The notes under the pieces: generated by a model
Database searches by the model: none
Told to the model about the DNA's origin: nothing
What the model saw: the letters and a program-made list of their open reading frames with translations, nothing else
From: Alphaproteobacteria bacterium
Lineage (GTDB): Bacteria > Pseudomonadota > Alphaproteobacteria > UBA7887
DNA: 64,000 bases
Assembly: GCA_965216755.1 (NCBI GenBank)
Contig: CBDCGL010000011.1
Span: forward strand, 224,001-288,000
Direction: 5' to 3'
Made by a program: the position numbers and the translations under genes
Shown here: positions 1 through 8,593 of the stretch, piece by piece
Layout of the letters: every line of letters begins with the position of its first letter
Position numbering within the stretch: position 1 is the stretch's first letter

Positions 1-1
1 A

Positions 2-904
2 CAGCGGCAAGGGCGATTGGGGACGTTTGCGCCTATTTTCGGTCAGGAAGCGACATTGGCGGGTGTGGCTCTAGCCATGGATCCAAGACAAGACTGGGCC
101 GTACCGCAATATCGAGAACTTCCAGTTCAGATCCACCAGGGATTGCCCCTGGAATCCATCGTGCTCTATCGGCGTGGCCATCCCGATGGTGGTATCATAC
201 CAGAGGGCGTAAACATCATGGCCACGCAAGTCTCGCTTGCCGCGCAAATTCCACACGCTGTGGGTCTCGCGTGGGGGCTGAAGAAAAAGGGCAGCAAAGG
301 CGTCGTTGCCGTATTCTTCGGCGACGGTGCGTCTTCCGAGGGCGATTTCCACGAATCCTGCAACCTCGCGGGGTTGGTCGAAGCGCCCGTGATCTTTGTC
401 TTGCAAAATAATCAGTGGGCCATTTCGACGCCGCGCAGCATCCAAAGCGCCGGGTCTGATCTGGCATCGCGCGCGGCGGCCTATGGTTTTCCCGGCGTTT
501 CTGTCGACGGCAACGATCTATTTGCCATGCATACGGTCATGGCCGACGCCGTTGCGCGTGGGCGTGCTGGCGACGGGGCTACGTTGATAGAGGCCCACAC
601 TTATCGCATGGGCATGCACACCACGGCTGACGATCCAACGCGATATGTCGATCCCGCGGAACGCGAACGTTGGGGCAAGAAAGATCCGATCGAACGCGTG
701 CAAAAATACCTGACGGCGAAAGGGAAATGGGACGACGACACTGCCACCCAATGGCAAGACGAAATCTCGGAACAGGTTGAGGCTGCATTCGCTAAGGCCG
801 ACGCGCATCCACAGGCTAAGGCCGACGCCCTTTATGAGCACGTCTTTGCTGAACCCACCGTCACGTTGCGGCGCCAGCGCGCGGCTCACCTCGGCGCGCA
901 ATAG
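2..904 (+). CDS. pdhA: 2-oxoacid (pyruvate/branched-chain) dehydrogenase E1 alpha subunit, 5'-truncated by the window edge
   Basis: Frame is open from base 2 (QRQGRLGTFAP). TPP motif GDGASSEGDFHE...NN and HTTADDP are present. First gene of an E1a-E1b-E2-E3 cluster. Confidence 0.88.
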   Translation, partial: QRQGRLGTFAPIFGQEATLAGVALAMDPRQDWAVPQYRELPVQIHQGLPLESIVLYRRGHPDGGIIPEGVNIMATQVSLAAQIPHAVGLAWGLKKKGSKGVVAVFFGDGASSEGDFHESCNLAGLVEAPVIFVLQNNQWAISTPRSIQSAGSDLASRAAAYGFPGVSVDGNDLFAMHTVMADAVARGRAGDGATLIEAHTYRMGMHTTADDPTRYVDPAERERWGKKDPIERVQKYLTAKGKWDDDTATQWQDEISEQVEAAFAKADAHPQAKADALYEHVFAEPTVTLRRQRAAHLGAQ

Positions 905-915
905 GGGAGTTTTCG

Positions 916-1896
916 ATGCCTCAAATGAATATGGTCGAAGCGATCCGCAGCGGTTTGCGCCAGGAAATGGAACGCGACGAACGTGTCTTATTGATGGGCG
1001 AGGATGTCGGCCATCTGGGCGGCGTTTTTCGCGTCACGGACGGTTTGCAGCAATTTTTTGGATCGCAGCGGGTGATTGACACACCTCTGGCGGAGAGCGT
1101 GATTACCGGTTCGGCGCTCGGCCTGGCCCTTGCGGGTTGGGTGCCGATTGTTGAAATTCAGTTTCTGGGTTTCACTCAGCAATGTTATCACCAGATCAAT
1201 CAGCAGATCGCGCGGGTTCGATTCCGGACCCGTGGCTGTCATTCGGCGCCGATCACGATCCGGTCACCGTTCGGCGGTTGCGTGCGCACACCTGAGTTTC
1301 ATTCCGATTCCATGGAGCAGACCTTCGTCCAGTCTTCGGGGCTAAAGGTCGTCATGCCGGCCAATCCTTACGACGCCAAGGGACTGCTTGCGTCGGCCAT
1401 TCGCGACCCTGATCCGGTGCTCTATCTAGAACCGTTACGCGGCTATCGGTTGATCACGGGCGAAGTCCCCAACGATGACTATACGATTCCGTTTGGCGAG
1501 CTGCGCACGGTGCGTGAAGGCACTGATGTCACGTTGGTCGCGTGGAGCCAGTCCGTGCCGGTTGCCGAGCAGGCTGCCGAGATGGTCGCTGAAAAAGGTA
1601 TCAGCGCGCATGTTGTGGATTTGCGGACTCTTGTTCCGCTCGACGAAGAGGGCTTGGTCGCCGCGGTCGAGCGCACGGGCCGCTGCGTCATTGTCCACGA
1701 ATCGCAAGCCACGTCCGGTTTTGGGGCCGAAGTCATCGCGCTGCTGCAAGAACAAGCGTTTTATTCACTAGAGGCGCCGCTTCGCCGTGTCACAGCGCCG
1801 GACGTGCCATATCCCATGCCTGCGGTCGAGGATTTCTTTGTTCCCGATCCGGAGCGTGTTGTGCAGGCCATTGAAGAAACCATGGCGGATCAATGA
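916..1896 (+). CDS. pdhB: 2-oxoacid dehydrogenase E1 beta subunit
   Basis: Motifs GEDVG..GGVFRVTDGL, DTPLAES, EFHSDS and DLRTLVPLD; RBS GGGGAG upstream. Confidence 0.9.
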   Translation: MPQMNMVEAIRSGLRQEMERDERVLLMGEDVGHLGGVFRVTDGLQQFFGSQRVIDTPLAESVITGSALGLALAGWVPIVEIQFLGFTQQCYHQINQQIARVRFRTRGCHSAPITIRSPFGGCVRTPEFHSDSMEQTFVQSSGLKVVMPANPYDAKGLLASAIRDPDPVLYLEPLRGYRLITGEVPNDDYTIPFGELRTVREGTDVTLVAWSQSVPVAEQAAEMVAEKGISAHVVDLRTLVPLDEEGLVAAVERTGRCVIVHESQATSGFGAEVIALLQEQAFYSLEAPLRRVTAPDVPYPMPAVEDFFVPDPERVVQAIEETMADQ

Positions 1897-3146
1897 GCGA
1901 TTATGAATTCAAGCTGCCGGACATCGGCGAGGGCCTGAGCGAGGGCGAAATCGTCCATTGGCATGTCGGACCGGGTGACTCGGTGAAGGCCGATCAGACG
2001 ATTGTCGACGTTCAAACCGATAAGGCTGTCGTGGAGATTCCTGCGCCGGTCGCTGGCGTCATCAAGACTCTCGGTGGCGATCCCGGTGATGTGTTGCCGA
2101 TCGGTAGTCTGCTCGTGGTCATCGATTCGAATGTGTCGCCGCCGCCGGCCTCGGCGGCGCACGCTGCGCCCGCGCCTTCGGGACCGGCAACCGAAACACC
2201 GCCGTCTGCTGCGCCCGCACTGTCCGCATCCGCACTGCCGGTCAATGGCGGTCGGCGACGTGTGCTGGCGAGCCCGGCAACGCGCAAATTCGCCGTCGAA
2301 CAAGGGGTTGACCTGACGACGATCACGGGCACGGGCAATCGCGGGCAGATCACCAAAGATGATGTGCGCCGTGCCGCTGCGGGCGGTGCGCCGGCTGTCG
2401 CATCGGGCGCGCCAATGCCAAGCAAACCAATTGTGCCGGTAGAAGGTGCTGATCGTGCGGAGCCGCTTCGAGGCCTGCGGCGTCAAATTGCCGTAACCAT
2501 GGCGGAGGCCTGGCGCGAAATTCCGCATATTCTGACAACGCTCGATATCGATGCCGCCAATTTGGTCGCGGCGCGTGCGGCTTTGGTTGAGGAATTGGCG
2601 CAGGCGGGTGTCAAGCCCAGCTATATGCCATTGATCATGAAGGCTGCGGCCGCGGCGCTGCGGCGCTATCCGACATTCAACGCCAGTCTCGACATGGCCG
2701 GTCAGCAAATCATCTTTCGCCATCGCGTCAATATCGGTTTTGCCGCGGCGACGCCGGATGGTCTGATCGTTCCAGTCGTTCACGATGTGGACCGTAAGCC
2801 GTTGCTCACGCTGGTTCAGGAAATCAACGCGCTTGCCGAGGCGGCTCGCGCCCGCAAGATCACGGTTGATCAACTGCAAGGCGGGACATTTACGATATCC
2901 AACTATGGCAGCTATGGCGGGCAATTTGGCACACCGATCATTCGCCCGCCCGAAGTGGCGATCTTGGGCGTTGGTGCCATTCGCGATGCAGTCGTACCCG
3001 TCGACGGCGCGCCGGCCGTACGCAAGATCATGACCCTAGTCGTTTCGACCGATCATCGCTTGAACGATGGCGAACATCTTGGTCAGTTTGCCGGCGCGAT
3101 CGCCGATTACCTGCGTGAGCCCGTGCGATTGCTGGGGCAACTCTGA
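1893..3146 (+). CDS. pdhC: Dihydrolipoamide acyltransferase E2
   Basis: Lipoyl domain (LPDIGEG...QTDKA), E3-binding ASPATRK, catalytic DHRLNDG; ATGA overlap with the upstream gene. Confidence 0.9.
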   Translation: MSDYEFKLPDIGEGLSEGEIVHWHVGPGDSVKADQTIVDVQTDKAVVEIPAPVAGVIKTLGGDPGDVLPIGSLLVVIDSNVSPPPASAAHAAPAPSGPATETPPSAAPALSASALPVNGGRRRVLASPATRKFAVEQGVDLTTITGTGNRGQITKDDVRRAAAGGAPAVASGAPMPSKPIVPVEGADRAEPLRGLRRQIAVTMAEAWREIPHILTTLDIDAANLVAARAALVEELAQAGVKPSYMPLIMKAAAAALRRYPTFNASLDMAGQQIIFRHRVNIGFAAATPDGLIVPVVHDVDRKPLLTLVQEINALAEAARARKITVDQLQGGTFTISNYGSYGGQFGTPIIRPPEVAILGVGAIRDAVVPVDGAPAVRKIMTLVVSTDHRLNDGEHLGQFAGAIADYLREPVRLLGQL

Positions 3147-4567
3147 TGGTTGTTGGCCAGATCGCGGAACCGGTCGATTTTGTGGTCGTTGGGGCCGGGC
3201 CGGGTGGATACGCGGCGGCGTTGCGGGCCAGTCAGCTCGGCCGGAAGGTGTTGCTCGTAGACCGCGACGGTGCCGACGGAGTCGGGGGAGTTTGTCTCCG
3301 CGTTGGGTGCATTCCCAGCAAAGCTTTGATCGAGGTAGCCGATTTGGCCGAAAGGGCGCGCGACGCGTCGCGTTTTGGCGTGGATGTCGATGTAAAGGGC
3401 GTCGACATGGCGCAATTCCAGAAATGGAAGACAGGTGTGGTCGACGGCCTGACGGGTGGTGTGCGCGGGCTGCTCGACAAAGCCGGCGTTGACGTCGCGC
3501 GTGGTACGTTTCGTTTCACTGGTCCCGATCGCGGCGTCATTACGCCGGAAGGCGAGGATCAACTGCGCTTCATCAAATTCAAGGATCTGGTTTTGGCCAC
3601 AGGGTCGCGGCCGGTTGAGCTCTGTGAATTGCCGTTCGACGACGAGACCATTCTCGATTCGACCGGCGCCCTTGCCCTGAAGCGACTTCCGAAGACACTG
3701 GCGATTGTGGGTGCCGGCTATATCGGTCTCGAAATCGGCATTGCTTTGGCGAAACTCGGATCCAAGGTCACGATCGTCGAGGCCGAAGATCGGATACTGC
3801 CGACCATGGATCGACGCCTCGCGCGACCGGTTGCGACGACCCTATCAAAACTGGATATCGACATCCGTCTGAAGGCGCGTGCCCAGGGGCAAAGCCGGGG
3901 CAAGCTTGTGATCAAGGGATCAGACGGCGATGAAAAGATCGCCGCCGAATGCATCATCGTCGCCGTCGGCCGTCGTCCAAACACCGATGACCTGAGTTTG
4001 GGGGAGGTCAGACTAAATCCGGGCGAAGACGGCTTGCTGCAAGTGGCTGCCGATCGGCGTATGGCGCCGCATATCGCGGCGATCGGCGACATTACGCCGG
4101 GGCCCGCATTAGCGCATAAAGCCACGGCGGAAGCGATCGTCGCGGCCGAAGCCCTTTGTGGGCAAAAGACGGCTTTCCAGCCGCAAGTAATCCCGGCCGT
4201 GGTTTTCGCCGATCCGGAAATTGCCACGGTCGGCTTGAGTGTTGACGATGCGAAATCGGACGGAATCGATGCACAGGCAACCATGTTCCCGCTCAGCGCC
4301 TCGGGCCGTGCCAAAACTTTGGGTACGCAAGACGGTTTTTTGCAGCTGGTTAGCGACACCGCGGATGGACGCGTGATCGGTGTCCACATTGTCGGTCCGC
4401 ATGCCTCGGATTTAATTGGTGAGGGTGCATTGGCGATTGAGATGGGGGCGACGCAGGAAGATTTGGCATTGACCATTCACGCCCACCCGACCTTGGGCGA
4501 GCTTTATCCTGAAGCTGCTCACTTGGCTCTTGGACAGCCCATTCACATGGCGTTGACGCACCGATAG
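3146..4567 (+). CDS. lpdA: Dihydrolipoamide dehydrogenase E3
   Basis: Motifs GAGPGGY, GGVCLRVGCIPSK redox disulfide, GAGYIG and HAHPTLGE. Confidence 0.93.
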   Translation: MVVGQIAEPVDFVVVGAGPGGYAAALRASQLGRKVLLVDRDGADGVGGVCLRVGCIPSKALIEVADLAERARDASRFGVDVDVKGVDMAQFQKWKTGVVDGLTGGVRGLLDKAGVDVARGTFRFTGPDRGVITPEGEDQLRFIKFKDLVLATGSRPVELCELPFDDETILDSTGALALKRLPKTLAIVGAGYIGLEIGIALAKLGSKVTIVEAEDRILPTMDRRLARPVATTLSKLDIDIRLKARAQGQSRGKLVIKGSDGDEKIAAECIIVAVGRRPNTDDLSLGEVRLNPGEDGLLQVAADRRMAPHIAAIGDITPGPALAHKATAEAIVAAEALCGQKTAFQPQVIPAVVFADPEIATVGLSVDDAKSDGIDAQATMFPLSASGRAKTLGTQDGFLQLVSDTADGRVIGVHIVGPHASDLIGEGALAIEMGATQEDLALTIHAHPTLGELYPEAAHLALGQPIHMALTHR

Positions 4568-4598
4568 CCGACGTTCGGCCGTAACCGGAAGGAGCCCC

Positions 4599-5816
4599 AT
4601 GCAGCCGTTGCTGACCGGTATGCGCATCGTCGAAGGCTCGGCGTTTATCGCCGCACCCATGTGCGGCATGACGCTTGCCCAGCTTGGCGCCGATGTTATC
4701 CGGTTCGATCAGATTGGCGGCGGCTTGGATTATCGGCGCTGGCCTGTAACCAAAGACAATGTCAGCATCTATTGGGCCGAAATGAACAAGGGCAAGCGTT
4801 CATTTGCTGTTGATTTACGGTCCGATCGAGGGCGTGAGCTGGTCACCCAATTGATTTGTGCTGGCGGCGATGGTAGCGGCATCTTTTCGACCAACCTGCC
4901 CGCCCGTGGCTGGTTGTCCTATGAATCGTTGAAACGGCACCGCGATGATTTGATCCAACTGGCGATCATCGGCGATCGCCACGGCGCCACGGCTGTGGAC
5001 TATACGGTGAACAGCCGCGTTGGTTTTCCGACCATGACCGGTTATCCGGACGATGATCGACCGATCAACCACATTCTGCCTGCATGGGACAATATCACCG
5101 CCTACCAAGCAGCGCTCAGCCTGCTTGCCGCCGATCGTCATCGGCGTCTGACGGGGCAGGGGCAATATGTCGAGATCGCCTTGGCCGATGTCGCGCTGGC
5201 AACGATGGGCCACCTTGGCTTTATCGGCGAAGTCATGGTCAATGACGTGGAGCGTCCGCGGGTCGGCACCGATATCTATGGGTCGTATGGCCGAGATGTG
5301 CTGACCGCCGACAATGTGCGCGTCATGGTCGTATCGGTCAGCCCACGGCAATGGCGCGGGTTGCTGGCCGCGACCCACAGCACTGACGCGATCGGCGAGC
5401 TCGCCGCCAGGCGGGGTCTGAATTTCGATCGGGAAGGCGATCGCTATGCGGCGCGCGACGATATCACGGCCATCTTGCAGACCTGGGTCGGCCGCCATAT
5501 CTACGACGACGTTGCCCGGGCGTTCGATAGCAGCGGCGTGTGCTGGGGCCGCTTTCAGACTGTGCGCGAACTTGTGCGCGATGACCCGGATGTCAGCACG
5601 GACAATCCAATATTCGATATGGTCGACCAGCCTGACATTGGCCGCTATCTGGTTCCAGGCCAACCGATGAGCTTCTCCGCCGTCGAACGCGCACCTGCCA
5701 CACCCGCACCGCGGTTGGGCGAACACACCGACGAAATTCTTGCTGAAGACCTTGGCCTGACCAGCGCCGAAATCGGTATTCTCCACGACCAGGGCGTCGT
5801 TGCGAAATCACGGTGA
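4599..5816 (+). CDS. mct: Family III CoA transferase, mesaconyl-CoA C1:C4 transferase (2-methylfumaryl-CoA isomerase)-like
   Basis: EGSAFIAAPMCGMTLAQLGADVIRFDQIGGGLDYRRWP, NKGKRS and LPAWD (catalytic Asp) resemble Chloroflexus Mct as recalled. Confidence 0.78.
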   Translation: MQPLLTGMRIVEGSAFIAAPMCGMTLAQLGADVIRFDQIGGGLDYRRWPVTKDNVSIYWAEMNKGKRSFAVDLRSDRGRELVTQLICAGGDGSGIFSTNLPARGWLSYESLKRHRDDLIQLAIIGDRHGATAVDYTVNSRVGFPTMTGYPDDDRPINHILPAWDNITAYQAALSLLAADRHRRLTGQGQYVEIALADVALATMGHLGFIGEVMVNDVERPRVGTDIYGSYGRDVLTADNVRVMVVSVSPRQWRGLLAATHSTDAIGELAARRGLNFDREGDRYAARDDITAILQTWVGRHIYDDVARAFDSSGVCWGRFQTVRELVRDDPDVSTDNPIFDMVDQPDIGRYLVPGQPMSFSAVERAPATPAPRLGEHTDEILAEDLGLTSAEIGILHDQGVVAKSR

Positions 5817-5927
5817 CAGTTTTATTACGGTGACAGTTTGCTAAATACGAGTGAACAAACTAACGTAAGTATCATGTGTGGAATTTGCGTATTTAGTAAA
5901 CTGTCACCGTAATAAAACTGTCACCGT
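5810..5927. repeat. 118-bp palindromic element with 40-bp inverted arms, each arm containing two ACGGTGACAGTTT units
   Basis: 5810-5849 ACGGTGACAGTTTTATTACGGTGACAGTTTGCTAAATACG matches the reverse complement of 5888-5927 with 1 mismatch; AT-rich 38-bp spacer. Confidence 0.92.
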
Positions 5928-6676
5928 AAATCCGTGCTTCCCGACAGCAACTGCGTTAGCGACCGTGACAAGCCTTTTGTCGACTTTGCGGGCGGTGTCG
6001 CGAATGAACCCTTGGTTGCGGGCCGCGGACCAAGTCTCACCAGCGTTTCGGCATGGCTAACCGCGCAGCTGACCCCATCAAGTAGCGGCACGGGGACCGC
6101 GTCGGCGCGTTCCCGGGCCAGGCCGGCCAGCGGCCCGCCACCCAATATCACGATTTCGGCACCATCTTCGGCGACGGTCTTGTTGCATAATGAGATAATC
6201 AGTTCGCCAAGTTGTTCCTTGGCGCGCCCGATATCCGGTATCGGCACGTCGAGACACCGCACCGCCGCCAAACGTCCGGCGAGACCATGTTCCTGGGCAC
6301 ATTCCTCGAACCAACGCCCGAGCCGGGGTGTCAGGGCGACAATTGAATAACGCCGGCCAAATGGCCACGCATTTAATAGCGCCGCTTCGGCGAGGCCAAC
6401 GACAGGAATGTCCAGGAGTTCGCGGGCGGCCGCGAGGCCGGGGTCGCCAAACGCGGAGATGATCGCCGCGTTATAGGTCGCGCTGTGTTCCGCCAAGCAA
6501 TCGAGCACCGCGTGGGCCGCGATCGCCGCTTCGACGCGATTCTCAATGTAAGCCGCGCCGAACCGCGCCGTCACCGCGTCCACGGTTGTTTCCGGTGCGG
6601 CCGCGCGCCGCGCTTCGTCGGCCATTCGCGCGGTCACCGTTTCGGTGACGTTGGGATTGACCAGCAGCAATTTCAC
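5921..6676 (-). CDS. Asp/Glu/hydantoin racemase family protein
   Basis: Motifs LLVNPN, AFGDPGL..ARE, PVVGLAEAA and LGGGPLAG. Confidence 0.85.
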   Translation of the reverse strand: MKLLLVNPNVTETVTARMADEARRAAAPETTVDAVTARFGAAYIENRVEAAIAAHAVLDCLAEHSATYNAAIISAFGDPGLAAARELLDIPVVGLAEAALLNAWPFGRRYSIVALTPRLGRWFEECAQEHGLAGRLAAVRCLDVPIPDIGRAKEQLGELIISLCNKTVAEDGAEIVILGGGPLAGLARERADAVPVPLLDGVSCAVSHAETLVRLGPRPATKGSFATPPAKSTKGLSRSLTQLLSGSTDLR

Positions 6677-6694
6677 GGCGCGCTCGCGATCGGC

Positions 6695-8581
6695 CTACTC
6701 GGCGGCTTGGGCTTTGCCCATCCAATTCTGGAAGACCGGCGTCTTCGGCGGGTCTATGTGGGTCTCCTCTTTACAGTGTTGCTTCAGCTCGTCCACCGAA
6801 CCGCCGAAATCAAAGATTTCGGTCTTGCCACGTTCCGACGCCAGCCTGCGTCGCAAGGCCTCTGTTGCGCGCTCGTCCACGCTGAGGTCCTTTTTCAGTA
6901 CGACTCCATAACGCCGCGCACCGTCTGCGGTCACGATCCCGCGACGGGCATCGAGAGCCACCTTGTCGGCGTCGCGCTTTAGCGGGTCACCCCAACCGCC
7001 GCCGCCCCAAGTGTTGAAATAGAGCGTATCGCCCGGTGCGACTTTCAACCGGTCGCATTTTGATGGCATCCATTCGCTGCTGCCGTCGGCGCGCACCATC
7101 AGTTTGGTGCTGCGTCGGCCGGGCAAACCGCCATTGACTCCCCAAGGATGGGTCAGCCAACGGTCATCGTGGATCGAGATCTCGCCGGGCTCCAAGAACT
7201 GATAGCCCATGGATAAGCCATTGCCGCCCCGATGCAGGCCCGGGCCACCACTGTCCGCGATAGTCTCGAACTTGACGATACGGAGCGGGAAATAGGCCTC
7301 CAGGAATTCGTTGGGAACGTTGGTAAAGGCTGGCCATAGGGAATGACCATCAGGGCCATCGCCGGCGGGTCGCCCTGGAATTCCACCAAAACCGATTTGG
7401 TAGAGCTGATACCACTCCCCATCCTTGTTGTAGCCCGAATACATGAAATGCGGACTGTCGGAAAATCCGGCCGCGCACAACGCGTCGGGCGAACCCTGCC
7501 CCAGCAATCCGCTCATGATATCGAAAATGCGGGCCAGCAGATGGGTGCGCGAGCTGAGCGCGGCTGGGCGGATTGGCTTCAAGATCGTGCCACGCGGAAT
7601 GTGCACATCGACCAAATCATAAAACCCGTCATTGAACAGGATTTGCGGGTCAAACAGATTGATGAAGAACGCGCCGAGGAACATTTTGAACATTTCCTCG
7701 TTGAGCAAGAAATTCACCGAGCTGATCGACTGCGGGTCGGTGCCTTCAAAATCGAAAATGACACGATCGCCCTCGCGCCACATGGCACAAGCGATCTTGT
7801 ATGGCCCCATACCCATACCATCGTCGTCAATATAGTCTTCGAAATACTGCTTCGTCTCCGGAACCACGTTTTTCAAAATTGCGCCCATCGCGCGTTTGTT
7901 GCGCTCTAGCATTTCGCCCATGGCGGCGACGAACATGTCGACGCCAAAGCGATCGACCATCTCCAAGACGCGCCGTTCGGCCAGGCGCATGGCGGCCACC
8001 AGGGCGTTGAAGTCCGACCTGTTCCACTCCGGCATGCGGCAGTTGCGCAGTATGAGTTCCAAGATCTCTTCGTTCAGTACGCCCTTGCGGATGATCTTAA
8101 CCGGTGGAATCTGAACCCCTTCTTCAAAAATCTGAGCCGCATCGGTCGGCAGACTCCCTGGCACTTTGCCGCCGATATCGGTCATATGCCCAAACATGGC
8201 TGCCCAGGCAACAATGCGCCCATCAATGTAGATTGGCATCATCATCAACCAGTCATTGAGGTGGCTGATCGCGCCGTTGCATGTATAAGGATCGTTGGTC
8301 AGGAAGATATCGCCTTCCTCGATCGTACCCTCGTAGCCCTGTTGGAAGCCCCAGAAGAACGATCCGAACTGGCCAACAACCATTTTGCCTTCCGGGTTGG
8401 CGATCATCGGGAAGGCGTCATGTTGTTCGCGTATCCCGGGCGACATGGCCGTGCGGAATAGAACGGCGTCCATTTCGCTGCGTGCATTTCTGAGGGCATT
8501 CTCGACAATGTCGAGCGTTATCGGGTCGACTTCGACGCTCGTAAAGGGCGCCGTGTTTGTCTGAATAATTTTCGCGGGCAT
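6695..8581 (-). CDS. Hydantoinase B / oxoprolinase (ATP-dependent lactamase) beta subunit
   Basis: Motifs DPITLDIVENAL, RTAMSPGIRE, TNDPY...SHLND, HMTDIGG, DSGGPG and GGGGWGDP. Confidence 0.92.
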   Translation of the reverse strand: MPAKIIQTNTAPFTSVEVDPITLDIVENALRNARSEMDAVLFRTAMSPGIREQHDAFPMIANPEGKMVVGQFGSFFWGFQQGYEGTIEEGDIFLTNDPYTCNGAISHLNDWLMMMPIYIDGRIVAWAAMFGHMTDIGGKVPGSLPTDAAQIFEEGVQIPPVKIIRKGVLNEEILELILRNCRMPEWNRSDFNALVAAMRLAERRVLEMVDRFGVDMFVAAMGEMLERNKRAMGAILKNVVPETKQYFEDYIDDDGMGMGPYKIACAMWREGDRVIFDFEGTDPQSISSVNFLLNEEMFKMFLGAFFINLFDPQILFNDGFYDLVDVHIPRGTILKPIRPAALSSRTHLLARIFDIMSGLLGQGSPDALCAAGFSDSPHFMYSGYNKDGEWYQLYQIGFGGIPGRPAGDGPDGHSLWPAFTNVPNEFLEAYFPLRIVKFETIADSGGPGLHRGGNGLSMGYQFLEPGEISIHDDRWLTHPWGVNGGLPGRRSTKLMVRADGSSEWMPSKCDRLKVAPGDTLYFNTWGGGGWGDPLKRDADKVALDARRGIVTADGARRYGVVLKKDLSVDERATEALRRRLASERGKTEIFDFGGSVDELKQHCKEETHIDPPKTPVFQNWMGKAQAAE

Positions 8582-8593
8582 GGCGGCGGTCCC

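Noticed and set aside
1890-2924. Long antisense ORFs (also 4815-5786, 22201-23433, 27043-27993, 31804-32652)
   Set aside because: Shadow frames opposite well-supported genes in GC-rich DNA.
5810-5927. Possible CRISPR array
   Set aside because: The units are short and inverted, with no spacer series and no cas genes in the window.
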